Origin: a virus
Length of the DNA: 64,000 bases
Reading direction: 5' to 3' (one strand)
IMG/VR virus record: IMGVR_UViG_3300001097_000002
Coordinates: 32,887 to 96,886 of that record
The notes under the pieces were generated by a model. The model was not told where the DNA came from. It was given only the letters and a program-made list of their open reading frames with translations, and ran no database searches. Both the position numbers and the translations under genes were made by a program. Positions 38,671-49,008 of the stretch are shown piece after piece. The number at the start of each line of letters is the position of its first letter. Position 1 is the first letter of the stretch.

Positions 38671-39267
38671 ATGCCTTATTCAAGTGATTACTTGACCGCG
38701 ACAGTAATTACACCAATTCTTAGAAACGAAGTAGCAAGTAAAATCCTTAAGAAATGCGCAAGTGATATGCAATTCACTAGAGCATCACGTTCGCCAGTTT
38801 CTATTACCTCAGCAGGAACACCAAACTATGATAATATTATTGACCACAGAGACGTAAAGTTAAACCAGTTGATTGATACAATAAAAACCAATGCGGGTTC
38901 GCATGTTGTTGTATATGCCAATAGTACAATTATCATGAAAGCTATTGCGCACAAAGACACTGCTGGTAAATATGCGTATAAAGTTACTGTTAACTATCAG
39001 GATGGACTTGACTTCTATGACATAGACACGTACTATATATCCTTGTTTGATATGGTTAACGCATTAGCAGAGTGTGTCGAGTATCGTAATAATAGCGATT
39101 TAATAGCAGAAGATGGACTTAATGTTATTATTGTTGAAACAGAGTATACTGGTTCTGATTACCCATTAGAAACATATGTAATTGAGCGTAACCCTACTCC
39201 TTATGTTGATAATGGACACTCACAATCATATGCTCCTAAACCTGGTAGTAATTGTAGAGGTGATTAA
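38671..39267 (+). CDS. Hypothetical protein
   Basis: ORF after TTGACA promoter-like site. Confidence 0.55.
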   Translation: MPYSSDYLTATVITPILRNEVASKILKKCASDMQFTRASRSPVSITSAGTPNYDNIIDHRDVKLNQLIDTIKTNAGSHVVVYANSTIIMKAIAHKDTAGKYAYKVTVNYQDGLDFYDIDTYYISLFDMVNALAECVEYRNNSDLIAEDGLNVIIVETEYTGSDYPLETYVIERNPTPYVDNGHSQSYAPKPGSNCRGD

Positions 39268-39930
39268 TTGATAATTAGAAATAACAAATATAGCGAAGAA
39301 TTAATATTTGATGATAATGAAGTCGGTGTGTTAATAGCTAACACACCACAGTTACAGCCAGCGGAAAAATATCCAGGTGTTAGTAAAGTATTAAATGCAA
39401 CAAATGATATGTCCTTTTTAGCTAAGTGGAAAGCACGTGTAGGTGAAGAAGAAGCTGAACGTATCGTAACGGAAAGTATCACGATAGGTAAAAGTTTTGA
39501 TATGCTAATGTTCGAATACTTTAAAGGTGGTGATGTTGAGAATATGGTTGACGAAGTAGCGTTTAAACTATACACTCAAAGCATAAAACAGTTACGACAT
39601 ATACAGCCAATCGCGTTGCAACTAAAAGTTTTTAGTGATAAACTAAAAATGCAAGGTTACATTGATATGTTATGCTACTACAAAGGTGAGCTGACCTTAC
39701 TCGATTTTAAGAACAGCGCAAAATATAAGCATGATGACCATTTAGACAGTTATTACAAACAGTGTACATTCTACTGTATGATGTTGTATCATATGTATGG
39801 AATTGTCGTTAAACAAATTGTATTATTCATTGGTATGCGCCGACACATATATCCTGATATTAGGATATCAAAGGCTAAGTATTTTATCAAGGATTGTGTT
39901 ACTGCTAACAAAGCATACTATACAAAGTGA
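39268..39930 (+). CDS. PD-(D/E)xK exonuclease (T4-like phage family)
   Basis: YPGVSKVL, WKARVGEEEA, GYIDML, LDFKNS, Q...Y. Confidence 0.85.
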   Translation: MIIRNNKYSEELIFDDNEVGVLIANTPQLQPAEKYPGVSKVLNATNDMSFLAKWKARVGEEEAERIVTESITIGKSFDMLMFEYFKGGDVENMVDEVAFKLYTQSIKQLRHIQPIALQLKVFSDKLKMQGYIDMLCYYKGELTLLDFKNSAKYKHDDHLDSYYKQCTFYCMMLYHMYGIVVKQIVLFIGMRRHIYPDIRISKAKYFIKDCVTANKAYYTK

Positions 39931-39969
39931 TAAAAGTGTGTTATACTGCTACTTAACTACACATTTATC

Positions 39970-40212
39970 ATGGGCGGTAATATGAAAGCAAACGAAAAAC
40001 TGATGACTGAGTTGATAGAAACGTCTAAGTATGAAGATATCCAACTATTTGAAGTTGTGGCAACGTATGCAAAAGAACACGATATTGACCCTGTTGAATT
40101 AGTTAAAATGTTCGATAAAGACTTCATTTATCAAATAAAAGCAAGTGCTACAATTAACAATCAACGTTTAAAAAACATTGAGCCAAAGTTAAGAAGACGT
40201 AGTTTAATTTAA
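39970..40212 (+). CDS. gp33: Late transcription coactivator
   Basis: EVVATYAKEHDIDPVEL...IKASA; synteny gp33-gp59-gp32. Confidence 0.7.
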   Translation: MGGNMKANEKLMTELIETSKYEDIQLFEVVATYAKEHDIDPVELVKMFDKDFIYQIKASATINNQRLKNIEPKLRRRSLI

Positions 40213-40243
40213 ATTAATATGTTATACTATTGGAGATTATTAT

Positions 40244-40819
40244 ATGAAAGATAGAGATTACCTAAAAACGTATCGCATTTACGTTGGTTTAAAGCAACAT
40301 TTTAATCCTGAAAATGACTTTGTATATACTTCACCTGATGCATTATCGAAGTTGAGCATTGATAGTTTGCTAAAACGTAAGGATAGAAAGTTTTTTATCC
40401 GACTTACTCAAAAGCTTCACCCTGACCAATACGAATATATCCTTAGTATGTTTGTTAGAAATACTGATATGTGGGTTGGCGAGATGATGGAGTTAGTCAA
40501 TAAAGAATACCACAGCCAACGTATGGGTCGATTAGGACAGATTGATTATATTGTTACTAGTGAACTAGAAGAATTTATGCTACTAAATAGTGGTACATTA
40601 CGCGAAAGCTTAGACGCTAATGATAATATTCCACACATTGCAAAGAACAATAATGTATCAATGGAAACAAAATCCGTATTGAACAAAGTTGTAAATTTTA
40701 CTAATGAAGAAACAATGAACCCATTGTGGAATAAAATGAGATTTGATATTGACAACTATTCTAAATTGTTGTATATTAATCCCACTATAATCAGCAGGGT
40801 GGAGGAGCTATTGACCTAA
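40244..40819 (+). CDS. gp59: Helicase loader
   Basis: YRIYVGLKQHF, KRKDRKFF..L, MWVGE. Confidence 0.85.
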   Translation: MKDRDYLKTYRIYVGLKQHFNPENDFVYTSPDALSKLSIDSLLKRKDRKFFIRLTQKLHPDQYEYILSMFVRNTDMWVGEMMELVNKEYHSQRMGRLGQIDYIVTSELEEFMLLNSGTLRESLDANDNIPHIAKNNNVSMETKSVLNKVVNFTNEETMNPLWNKMRFDIDNYSKLLYINPTIISRVEELLT

Positions 40820-40886
40820 TACACTATATCAGTATGCACTAGCAGTAATATTTTATAAAATAAACGTTTAATAAAGGAAGTATACA

Positions 40887-41762
40887 ATGGGATTTAAAAA
40901 TCTAAAAGCTAAATTAAAAGACTCTACTAGCAGCCTTGATAAAATCAAAAGCCGTATTGAGAACGAAACCTCAACTACTGATTATAAAGATGAACGCTAT
41001 TGGAAATTCTCAGTTGATAGCTCTGGCAGCGGTATGGCTGTTATTCGCTTTATGCCAGAACCTGAAGGCGAAGACTATCCCTATGTAAGTTACTATCAAC
41101 ATTCTTTCCAAGGACCAACAGGTAAGTGGTATATTAACCGCAGCCGTACGTCACTCGGTAAAGGTGTACCTGACCCAGTATCTGAGGCCAACAGTGAGTT
41201 ATGGGAAACTGGATTAGACGAGAATAAAACAATCGCACGTAACCGCAAACGTAACTTGCGTTATGTAAGTAACATTTATGTCGTTAAGGATGGTAAGAAT
41301 CCTGAAAACGAAGGTAAAGTCATGTTGTGGGAATACGGCCCATCAATTTACAAAGTTATTGCTGATGTAATTGCTCCACCAGAAGAGTATGAAGAAGAAC
41401 CGCTAAACCCGTTTGATTTATGGAATGGTGCCGACTTTAAACTTAAAGCGTACCTGGATAGCAAAAGCGGATACCGCAGTTATGATAAATCTTCATTCAC
41501 TGATTCTTCTGCGTTACTTGATGGTGATGATGAAAAATTAGAAAAAATGTATGATAGCTTATATAGCCTATCGGAAGTAGTGGCTGACAGCAAATATAAA
41601 AGCTATGATGAACTTAAAACATGGTTTGATACTGTTACTGGTAAAACCAAAGCGGCAACTCCATATAACAATGATGCCGGCGAAGAAGCTGATACTACCA
41701 AAGAAAGCTCAACTGACGATGATGACGATGATGACGATTACTTGAACTTTTTAGAAGACTAG
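40887..41762 (+). CDS. gp32: Single-stranded DNA-binding protein
   Basis: DERYWK, AVIRFMP, HSFQGPTGKWYI, NPENEGKV, PFDLWNGADFKLK, acidic tail. Confidence 0.96.
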   Translation: MGFKNLKAKLKDSTSSLDKIKSRIENETSTTDYKDERYWKFSVDSSGSGMAVIRFMPEPEGEDYPYVSYYQHSFQGPTGKWYINRSRTSLGKGVPDPVSEANSELWETGLDENKTIARNRKRNLRYVSNIYVVKDGKNPENEGKVMLWEYGPSIYKVIADVIAPPEEYEEEPLNPFDLWNGADFKLKAYLDSKSGYRSYDKSSFTDSSALLDGDDEKLEKMYDSLYSLSEVVADSKYKSYDELKTWFDTVTGKTKAATPYNNDAGEEADTTKESSTDDDDDDDDYLNFLED

Positions 41763-41784
41763 TAGTTACTGATTGTTAGTGTAT

Positions 41785-41815
41785 AAAAAGCGTAGATTAA
41801 TTTCTACGCTTTTTT
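41785..41815 (+). terminator. Rho-independent terminator
   Basis: aaaaagcgtaga-ttaatt-tctacgcttttt. Confidence 0.85.
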
Positions 41816-41863
41816 ATTGTCTGTTAAATAGTAATACATACTTTAATAAAAGGACACTCTCAC

Positions 41864-42061
41864 ATGGTTATGAAAGCACAATCGAAACCAGAACAATTAT
41901 CAAATACATTGCAACATAGTAGTGTTCAGAGTAGTAACACTAATGTATACCAGCCTGGTATTGCGCCTACAGTGGCGCGCAATATGATTTCACAGAAGTT
42001 TGATAAGCCAGTAAAAGCAATGAAAGTCAGTGAAGTATTCGATACATACTTTAAAGGATAA
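41864..42061 (+). CDS. Small hypothetical late protein
   Basis: AAGGA SD; TAAATA upstream. Confidence 0.55.
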   Translation: MVMKAQSKPEQLSNTLQHSSVQSSNTNVYQPGIAPTVARNMISQKFDKPVKAMKVSEVFDTYFKG

Positions 42062-42065
42062 AAAT

Positions 42066-42830
42066 ATGTTAACAATGAAAAATATATTCAACCACCTACG
42101 TAACATGTCAGGTGGAAAACTCACACAATCACAAGTAAACGCATCTAATGCAATCATAGCAGCAAATGGCGTTGACGTTTTAACTGATGCACTTGGTATG
42201 GACGCAGATGGTGGTTATAAACTAACATCACAGGCACTCAGAAACATATACAGCAATGCCGATATGGACTTTGTTGATATCATCAATAAACACGCAAGCA
42301 CGTTTGGTATTACCACTAAAAAACGCATGGCGATGTTTATAGCGCATGCAATACACGAATCAAATGGATTTAATTCACTACAAGAAAGTTTTAACTATAG
42401 ACCATCGCGTCTAAAGGCAGTATTTGGTTTTCGTATACCATCATTGAACTTCGCCACGAACATACTTGCGAAGGGCAAAGAAGAGGTTGCAAATCACTTG
42501 TATGGTGGTCGATACGGTAACAAAGGTCCAAATGACGGTTGGTTATACAGCGGTAAAGGTATTGGTGGATTAACGTTTAAAGGTAACTACATAGTAATGC
42601 AACGAGTAATGAGCAAACATGGTTTACACTATGATATTGTTAATAATCCATTGTTGCTATTGAACAAAGAAGTCGCTACACTGTCATATATGGCATACTG
42701 GCTCGACAAAGACTTAAATTCATATGCTGATGCGGGTAAAATCATAGGCGCAACTAAGGTTATCAATGGCGGTCGTAATGGTTTAGCTGATAGAAAAAAA
42801 TATTACAAGCTAGCGTTAAACTACTTGTAA
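42066..42830 (+). CDS. GH19 (chitinase-like) endolysin
   Basis: AMFIAH..HESNGF..LQESFNY, GNKGPNDGW.Y.G.G, TKVINGGRNGLADR. Confidence 0.9.
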   Translation: MLTMKNIFNHLRNMSGGKLTQSQVNASNAIIAANGVDVLTDALGMDADGGYKLTSQALRNIYSNADMDFVDIINKHASTFGITTKKRMAMFIAHAIHESNGFNSLQESFNYRPSRLKAVFGFRIPSLNFATNILAKGKEEVANHLYGGRYGNKGPNDGWLYSGKGIGGLTFKGNYIVMQRVMSKHGLHYDIVNNPLLLLNKEVATLSYMAYWLDKDLNSYADAGKIIGATKVINGGRNGLADRKKYYKLALNYL

Positions 42831-42886
42831 TATGTAATTGTTTGTTGTACACTAAGAGGTAAGTCACTAAGGGCTTACTTTTTTTT

Positions 42887-43492
42887 ATGGAGTGTTACAT
42901 GAGAAAGAACGTAATCTTACTAAACGGGCCACCTGGTAGTGGTAAAGATACAATTGCTGATTTAATCGTCAGTAGTCACAAAGCTGAGCATTTACGTTTT
43001 AAAACCAAGCTGTACGAAATTACAGCACTACTTAATAATATTGATTTAGAAACGTTTATCAAGTATGCAACAGATAGAGAAACAAAAGAGTCGTTGGTGC
43101 TTGACAGAGGACTAACACCACGTGCGCTACTCATAGAGGCTAGTGAAAACGTTATCAAGCCATACTATGGTGAAGACTATTTTGGTATTGTAGTAGGCGA
43201 AACAATACGTGATTCATATAGTGATTTGTTTGTTATCAGTGACGGTGGATTTGTTGATGAATTAATTGCATTGATTGATGCCGCAGAATTAACAGGTGAT
43301 GACATTAACATAACAGTTATTAAGTTATTCAGAGATGGTTGCACGTTTGATAATGATTCACGCGAATACTTGCCAGAAGAAGTTTTAAGCAAATATGGTA
43401 TTACTGCGTTGTACGTATACAACAAGGTCACGATAGAGGAACTGGAAAAATACGTTAACATGCTTTGTTCATATATCAAAACCGCCGCGTAA
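42887..43492 (+). CDS. gp1: Deoxynucleoside monophosphate kinase
   Basis: NGPPGSGKDT, TPR..LI..SE..IKP.YG, ISDGGF..E, F..DSR. Confidence 0.85.
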   Translation: MECYMRKNVILLNGPPGSGKDTIADLIVSSHKAEHLRFKTKLYEITALLNNIDLETFIKYATDRETKESLVLDRGLTPRALLIEASENVIKPYYGEDYFGIVVGETIRDSYSDLFVISDGGFVDELIALIDAAELTGDDINITVIKLFRDGCTFDNDSREYLPEEVLSKYGITALYVYNKVTIEELEKYVNMLCSYIKTAA

Positions 43493-43521
43493 TATAATAT
43501 ATTTTACTTTAAGGGAAAACA

Positions 43522-44115
43522 ATGAATTTAACGTCATTACATTTAGCAATTGATACGGAAACATTAGGAGTTACGGATAATGCTATTATCACTTCTATAG
43601 CAGTAACACCATTTAAACTTATTGATACAGGTGCCACATTTGAAACGTTACTAGATGACACGTTCTACGTAAAACTAAAAGCAAAAACACAGAACAAGTT
43701 ATACGGGCGTACTGCTGATAAGTCAACTTTAGAATGGTGGGCGAAACAAGGCGATAATGTAAAAGAACATAGTTTTAAAAGAGCATCAACTGACGTTCAC
43801 CCAAAAGAAGCTCTAATCGAACTTAATAAGTTCATTACAGGTACTGGTTACGAATGGAATAGCAGTTATATTTTTGAGCGAGGTATGGGTTTTGATACTA
43901 CTAAGATGCAATCATTGTATGAAGACTGCCAAGTTAAAATGGGATTTAACTTTTGGCGTGCACGCGAAATAAGAACCATTAATGACTTGATTGGTGACGT
44001 ATCGAATGGAAAGTGGGAACCGGAAGAAGGTCGTCCCACTTCGTTTATTGAGCATCATGCCAAACATGATGCAGCACTAGATGCTTATAGATTAATTAAG
44101 CTTTTTGATTTGTAA
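43522..44115 (+). CDS. dexA: DEDDh 3'-5' exonuclease (DexA-like)
   Basis: IDTETLG, TLEWW..Q, RG..FD, R.IRT, HHA..DA..D. Confidence 0.85.
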   Translation: MNLTSLHLAIDTETLGVTDNAIITSIAVTPFKLIDTGATFETLLDDTFYVKLKAKTQNKLYGRTADKSTLEWWAKQGDNVKEHSFKRASTDVHPKEALIELNKFITGTGYEWNSSYIFERGMGFDTTKMQSLYEDCQVKMGFNFWRAREIRTINDLIGDVSNGKWEPEEGRPTSFIEHHAKHDAALDAYRLIKLFDL

Positions 44116-44118
44116 TTT

Positions 44119-44472
44119 TTACTTAACGTACATATCACAATTCCTATGTAATAACTCAATAAAATAAGAGTCCATTTTATTAGGCTCCTTATACGATAAG
44201 AAAAAGTATAAGGAGTTAATATATACCATTTCTTTGTTGTTGCATATATTCTCATATATAGTATAGCTTAGTTCTATCCCAAAAATATTAGATGAAATGA
44301 TTATATTGTTAAGTAATAGTTTATCATTTATTGGTTTTTCTTTGATATATTTGCGTACACAAGTTCGGACACTGAATATGATATTGACAGTTTTATCAAT
44401 ATCATATTCAATCCAGTGATTGTGCAAACGCAAACGCTGTTTTATATCCTTCCTAGTGTACGCATTGCTCAT
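44119..44472 (-). CDS. T4-like conserved hypothetical protein
   Basis: KYI.......LLLNNIII..NIFG pattern. Confidence 0.6.
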   Translation of the reverse strand: MSNAYTRKDIKQRLRLHNHWIEYDIDKTVNIIFSVRTCVRKYIKEKPINDKLLLNNIIISSNIFGIELSYTIYENICNNKEMVYINSLYFFLSYKEPNKMDSYFIELLHRNCDMYVK

Positions 44473-44476
44473 ATTA

Positions 44477-44872
44477 TTAGTCTTTGTTTTCTTTAGTGTC
44501 TACGTCTTTTTCTTTAGACGCGCTTTCTTCAACTTTTGAAGTCTTGGTAGTCTTAGGAGGCTTGTCCTCTGACTTAGTTTGTTTATTTATTTTTGTCGCT
44601 GGCGGTGCAACTGGTGGCGTCTCTGGTTTTTGTTCGATAATTGTCGCTTCTGCTTCTGTCTTCTCGTTCGCTTCAAACGCATTTAATGATACCTTGTCAG
44701 AAATAAGTTCAGCAATCGGGTCGGCATCAGGTAAGACATCATCAACATACGTTTCGTTGATACCAACAACTTGAAGTGTACCGTCTTTTAATACGATAAC
44801 TTTAACTTCTTTTGATTCTTTTACAGCATCATTGACCATGTTACGTTGCACGGTGTGTGTTTTGTTTGACAT
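44477..44872 (-). CDS. Hypothetical protein with charged low-complexity tail
   Basis: ORF with AAGGA SD. Confidence 0.6.
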   Translation of the reverse strand: MSNKTHTVQRNMVNDAVKESKEVKVIVLKDGTLQVVGINETYVDDVLPDADPIAELISDKVSLNAFEANEKTEAEATIIEQKPETPPVAPPATKINKQTKSEDKPPKTTKTSKVEESASKEKDVDTKENKD

Positions 44873-44902
44873 AATATTATCCTTTTAAATTTATAGTAAT
44901 GG

Positions 44903-45094
44903 TTAAACTACAGGCTCGGGTGCAGGGTCATCACTGTTCACATCAACATTAACATGTTCTGTAAATGTAGGCTCGACTTCATTTTTATTAACTACTAAGA
45001 TGTTGTCATCTCGTACAATTATTTTTACAGTATCTTTATTAGCACGTGCATATGCGTTTAAGTCAGCAATTGCATTTTTTAGAGCAGTTTCCAT
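44903..45094 (-). CDS. Small hypothetical protein
   Basis: VKIIVRDDNILVV resembles VKVIVLKDGTLQVV of the next gene. Confidence 0.55.
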   Translation of the reverse strand: METALKNAIADLNAYARANKDTVKIIVRDDNILVVNKNEVEPTFTEHVNVDVNSDDPAPEPVV

Positions 45095-45183
45095 ATTATA
45101 TCCTATTTGCTTTTTGTTTTAAAGTAGTGTATAGTTGTTGAACAATAGTGTAACAACTAATATTATTTACTAGGTAATTTTTT

Positions 45184-46251
45184 ATGAAATACGTTGATAA
45201 AACATATATACGATTGGTTAGTAGCTACTTAGACCGTTTTAAAGAAACATCTAGTGAAGTATATAACTTTCGTTGCCCATACTGTGGAGACAGTGATAAG
45301 AGCAGAACATTGGCGCGTGCGTACCTATTTGAGTCTGATGATACCTATTTATTTAAATGTCATAACTGTGGACATCCAACAAACTTACAACAATTTATTA
45401 AAGACCAAAGCTTTTCGTTATACACTGAATATCGTAAAGACAAGTTATTATCACGCGGAAAACCTAAACCTGAACCTACTGTTAAAATTGATACAAGCAC
45501 CATAAAAACAAACAATGGAGCAGTTTTTTCGGTTGGTAGTCATGTCGGTAATAAAATTATTAAATCTCTAGACAACGCTGACATTATTGGGACTACTAGA
45601 GACTATTTATACAACAGGGATATACCAAGAGCCAAGGTACCATCATTATATCACGTGGCAAATATTAACTATGTAACGCAACAAATACCTAAGTATAAAG
45701 ATAAAAAATTTATGGACGTGTCTGCTATAGCCATACCCTTTATTGATGCTGATGGTATTGTAACGCATATACAATTTAGGATGTTCGAGGGCACAATGCG
45801 TTACATGACACTCGAATGTGAGACTGGCGCCATAAAAATATTTGGACTTGATACTGTCGATAAGAACAAGATGGTATATGTATTTGAAGGCCCTTTTGAC
45901 AGCATGTTCTGTAATGGTATAGCACTTGCAAATGGTTCATTGCATACGTTTATACCATATCTAAACAAGCATTTTAAGAATTACACTCTAGTTTATGATA
46001 AGGACTTGGTTAGTAATAAAGACATACTAGCAAGTTTAAAAAAGAGTATAGTTAACGGTTGTAACGTGTTACTATACGACACTGTTATTATTGACAGTGA
46101 CGCTAAGGATTTAAACGATATGGTGTCCGACGGTTTGATTACTGATACGGATTCATATCTATTAAATAACACATATAAAGGATTCAAAGCAACAATGTAC
46201 TTGGATAGAATTAAACAAATTGATAAGCACGCTTCACCATTTTCCATGTAA
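45184..46251 (+). CDS. gp61: DNA primase
   Basis: NFRCPYCGDS, FKCHNCG, EGPFDSMF, KDLNDM. Confidence 0.95.
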   Translation: MKYVDKTYIRLVSSYLDRFKETSSEVYNFRCPYCGDSDKSRTLARAYLFESDDTYLFKCHNCGHPTNLQQFIKDQSFSLYTEYRKDKLLSRGKPKPEPTVKIDTSTIKTNNGAVFSVGSHVGNKIIKSLDNADIIGTTRDYLYNRDIPRAKVPSLYHVANINYVTQQIPKYKDKKFMDVSAIAIPFIDADGIVTHIQFRMFEGTMRYMTLECETGAIKIFGLDTVDKNKMVYVFEGPFDSMFCNGIALANGSLHTFIPYLNKHFKNYTLVYDKDLVSNKDILASLKKSIVNGCNVLLYDTVIIDSDAKDLNDMVSDGLITDTDSYLLNNTYKGFKATMYLDRIKQIDKHASPFSM

Positions 46252-46264
46252 TAGGATATTTTTT

Positions 46265-47113
46265 ATGATTATTTTTGACACTTCATCAATTGCATACAGC
46301 ATGCTATATCAGCTTGATAATCAGGATATTGGTTTGCTTCGACATGCAATATTAAATAAAATCGGTTATATAATGCGTGAATTAAAACAGTATGATAATT
46401 GCACAAAAGAAGTCATTCTTGCATGCGATTCACGTGGTAACTGGAGAAAAGAAATATTTGCCCCTTACAAGGCAAGCCGTAAGAAAAATCGAGAATCCAC
46501 TAGTGATGTTGACTGGGGTAAATTCTTTCTTGATTTCAATGCGCTAATTGATGAATTTAGAACTAATATGCCTTTTAAGGTTTTGTTAGTTGACCGTGCG
46601 GAGGCTGATGATATTATTGCCGTATTATGCCAACAGCGTAGTGATGATAACATTACTATTGTAAGTCCTGATAAAGACTTTAGACAGTTATGCAAGCCCA
46701 ATAGCAACGTAAAACTATATAGTCCAATAGGTAAGACTGGATTTATTGATGCTACGGATTATGAGCTATTTGAGCATGTAATGACTGGTGATTCGTCTGA
46801 TGGTGTTCCAAATATTTTGAGTGAAGGTACTGTATTCATTGATGGTATTCGTCAAACAACATTGACCGCTAAGAAAAAGCAAATACTAAAAGATTTTAAA
46901 TTCAATATTGATAATGCACCAATCATGACTGATGCAATTAAAGAACGTATTGATATGAACACACAGCTTATTGACCTTGCATATGTGCCCAAGGATATCG
47001 TTGAGAATGTACTTGAACAATATGACAGCGCAAAAGTACCAAAAGGTAAAGTTTTTAACTATTTTGTAAAAAACAAATTAACAAAAATCATGGAGAGTGG
47101 TATATATAAGTAA
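46265..47113 (+). CDS. rnh: RNase H / 5'-3' flap exonuclease
   Basis: WRKEIF..YKASR, EADDII, SPDKDF.QL, GDSSDGVPNI. Confidence 0.95.
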   Translation: MIIFDTSSIAYSMLYQLDNQDIGLLRHAILNKIGYIMRELKQYDNCTKEVILACDSRGNWRKEIFAPYKASRKKNRESTSDVDWGKFFLDFNALIDEFRTNMPFKVLLVDRAEADDIIAVLCQQRSDDNITIVSPDKDFRQLCKPNSNVKLYSPIGKTGFIDATDYELFEHVMTGDSSDGVPNILSEGTVFIDGIRQTTLTAKKKQILKDFKFNIDNAPIMTDAIKERIDMNTQLIDLAYVPKDIVENVLEQYDSAKVPKGKVFNYFVKNKLTKIMESGIYK

Positions 47114-47266
47114 TAGTATTCAAGTAAATAACATTATACTTTTACAATAAAGTTGACAACCACCTACTATATTGCTATACTTATATAAGTAATAGTATTC
47201 AAGTAAATAACATTATACTTTTACAATAAAGTTGACAACCACCTACTATATTGCTATACTTATATA
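47103..47266. repeat. Perfect 79-bp tandem duplication, each copy with a sigma70 promoter
   Basis: Period 79 (47103-47181, 47182-47260); each has TTGACA-17nt-TATACT with TG extension. Confidence 0.95.
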
Positions 47267-47300
47267 GTAAATTAAATAACACTTAAAAAGGAATAACATT

Positions 47301-47746
47301 ATGATTACTTTTCAAGATTACCTAACCTAAACGAATCGAACTACACTAATACAGTGCAAGAAGATGATAGTAAAGAAGCTGAAAAACTGTTAACGCTTGC
47401 TATTAAAGAGCTGAAAAGTGTAGGTCTTAAACATGGCCATAAACTATTTGACACCAAAAAAGGTTCTCCGTATGCTGCGGATAATATGATATTTCCACGT
47501 GAAACTTATAAATTTCAGAGTTCTGATAGTGTTAGTGTTGGCGAAGTAATACAGTACATGTCACTAGGTATTGGCATTCACGCTGAAAATGGTGAATTCA
47601 CACTAGTATCGTACGGCAGTAAAAAAGCAAAACCACATGAACTAAAAGCATTAGATTTAATTGTTTACGAAACTGGAAAGCGTATTAAAGCCAGTGATGC
47701 TGTGGGTCCAAGTGACCATCACTATACAATAGAAGACTTGTACTAA
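47301..47746 (+). pseudogene. Internal-head-protein gene disrupted by 5-nt duplication
   Basis: ATG ATT ACT TTT CAA GAT TAC CTA ACC TAA; removing one CCTAA gives MITFQDYLNESNYTNTVQEDD in frame with ORF 47354-47746. Confidence 0.8.
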
Positions 47747-47793
47747 GATTTAAAGGTTAATAATTTAATACAGATTTAGGAGTATTATGTATT

Positions 47794-48075
47794 ATGGGAT
47801 ATAAATTTACATGCACGTCATGTGAACATTCATGGGATATCGTTTATATGGGTAGTTACACACCTGCACTTATAACGTCTTTCCCGTGTCCTAAATGTGA
47901 CAATAAAAGCATAACAGCAGAAAAAGTTGAAGGTGAGATTATTGAGAACAAAGAAATAAGCGCTGCCATTATTAAAGGTGAACATAACATGCGTCCATCA
48001 GGCGACTTTATTAATCATCTACAAGATATTAAAAAGGCACACGTTGGTAATACCATGCAAGATAAATGGACTTAA
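47794..48075 (+). CDS. FmdB-like zinc-ribbon protein
   Basis: YKFTCTSCEH...PCPKC, F...L..IKKAH. Confidence 0.75.
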   Translation: MGYKFTCTSCEHSWDIVYMGSYTPALITSFPCPKCDNKSITAEKVEGEIIENKEISAAIIKGEHNMRPSGDFINHLQDIKKAHVGNTMQDKWT

Positions 48076-48111
48076 ACAATAGTTACACAATGCTAATAAA
48101 AGGCTACGCAC

Positions 48112-48489
48112 ATGTCACCTTTTCAAGATTATATTTCAAACAGTAGAAATTTAAAAGAGAGTGGGCCGTCAAACGACCAAGTTAATTTATTGAAATCTAG
48201 TACGGAACGAATCATTAAAAGACTTAAAACGAAATTAAAGTATTTGAACGTTACTACGAACGGTACTGAAATTGTTGTTGGTAATGATAAAATGAATAAC
48301 GACCCTAAATTATATGCAATGCTCTCTACACGAGGTGAATTAAGAGTGTACCAATCGTCTCATAGTGAACACACTGTTCAGTCCCTTACTAAATTATCTA
48401 ATATGGCTAAAGAATTAGCCGATAATAATGATTTTATTATTGATAATTTACGTACTGCTCAAGCATTAGTTGATGAAATTTTAGGTTAG
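48112..48489 (+). CDS. Putative internal head protein
   Basis: MSPFQDYIS..RNLKES. Confidence 0.7.
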   Translation: MSPFQDYISNSRNLKESGPSNDQVNLLKSSTERIIKRLKTKLKYLNVTTNGTEIVVGNDKMNNDPKLYAMLSTRGELRVYQSSHSEHTVQSLTKLSNMAKELADNNDFIIDNLRTAQALVDEILG

Positions 48490-48498
48490 TAACCTACT

Positions 48499-48534
48499 AA
48501 AAAAACCACTTACTTAATTGCAAGTGGTTTTTTT
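48499..48534 (+). terminator. Rho-independent terminator
   Basis: aaaaaaaccacttac-ttaatt-gcaagtggttttttt. Confidence 0.8.
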
Positions 48535-48581
48535 ATGCATTGTGTAAATACTAATAAAATACTATTACAAATGAGGGTGGC

Positions 48582-48926
48582 ATGGATACTTTAGGATTTA
48601 CAAGTTGGATGAACGAAGGTGGTGATATTTTTAATGGTGACCCAGTAACTACACAAACCGCCAGCAGTAACGTTAACACAATGGCTGGCACTACCAGTAA
48701 AACAACTGAGCGCACTACTAAGCCAAATATCAGTAACATCGAAATTGGGGTTGTTGAAACAGGTATCACCGATGGCACTACGCATGAACAAGTGGCTAAA
48801 CCAACAATCTTTGACCCATACACGCATGAGGTTGTACCTGCGTCACAAATTGCAGACGAGGACATGGATATTTTTACACCTAGTATTAAATTAACAGACT
48901 TGTTCAACACTAATATGAACCCTTAA
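48582..48926 (+). CDS. Thr-rich late protein with possible targeting leader
   Basis: MDTLGFTSWMNEG; TAAATA upstream. Confidence 0.6.
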   Translation: MDTLGFTSWMNEGGDIFNGDPVTTQTASSNVNTMAGTTSKTTERTTKPNISNIEIGVVETGITDGTTHEQVAKPTIFDPYTHEVVPASQIADEDMDIFTPSIKLTDLFNTNMNP

Positions 48927-49008
48927 TTCACTGTCCATGCAATACAACAAACGCGCTTATACAGCGCGTTTTTTGTGAACAGTAAATAATAATAAAAGCG
49001 GGAATAAC

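Noticed and set aside
39268-39930. Cas4 call
   Set aside because: Lacks the four-Cys Fe-S arrangement; matches the ordinary T4-like PD-(D/E)xK exonuclease.
47103-47266. CRISPR-like or mini-array interpretation of the repeats here and at 18983/19342
   Set aside because: Only two copies, with no unique spacers of regular length; both repeats are explained as promoter duplications.
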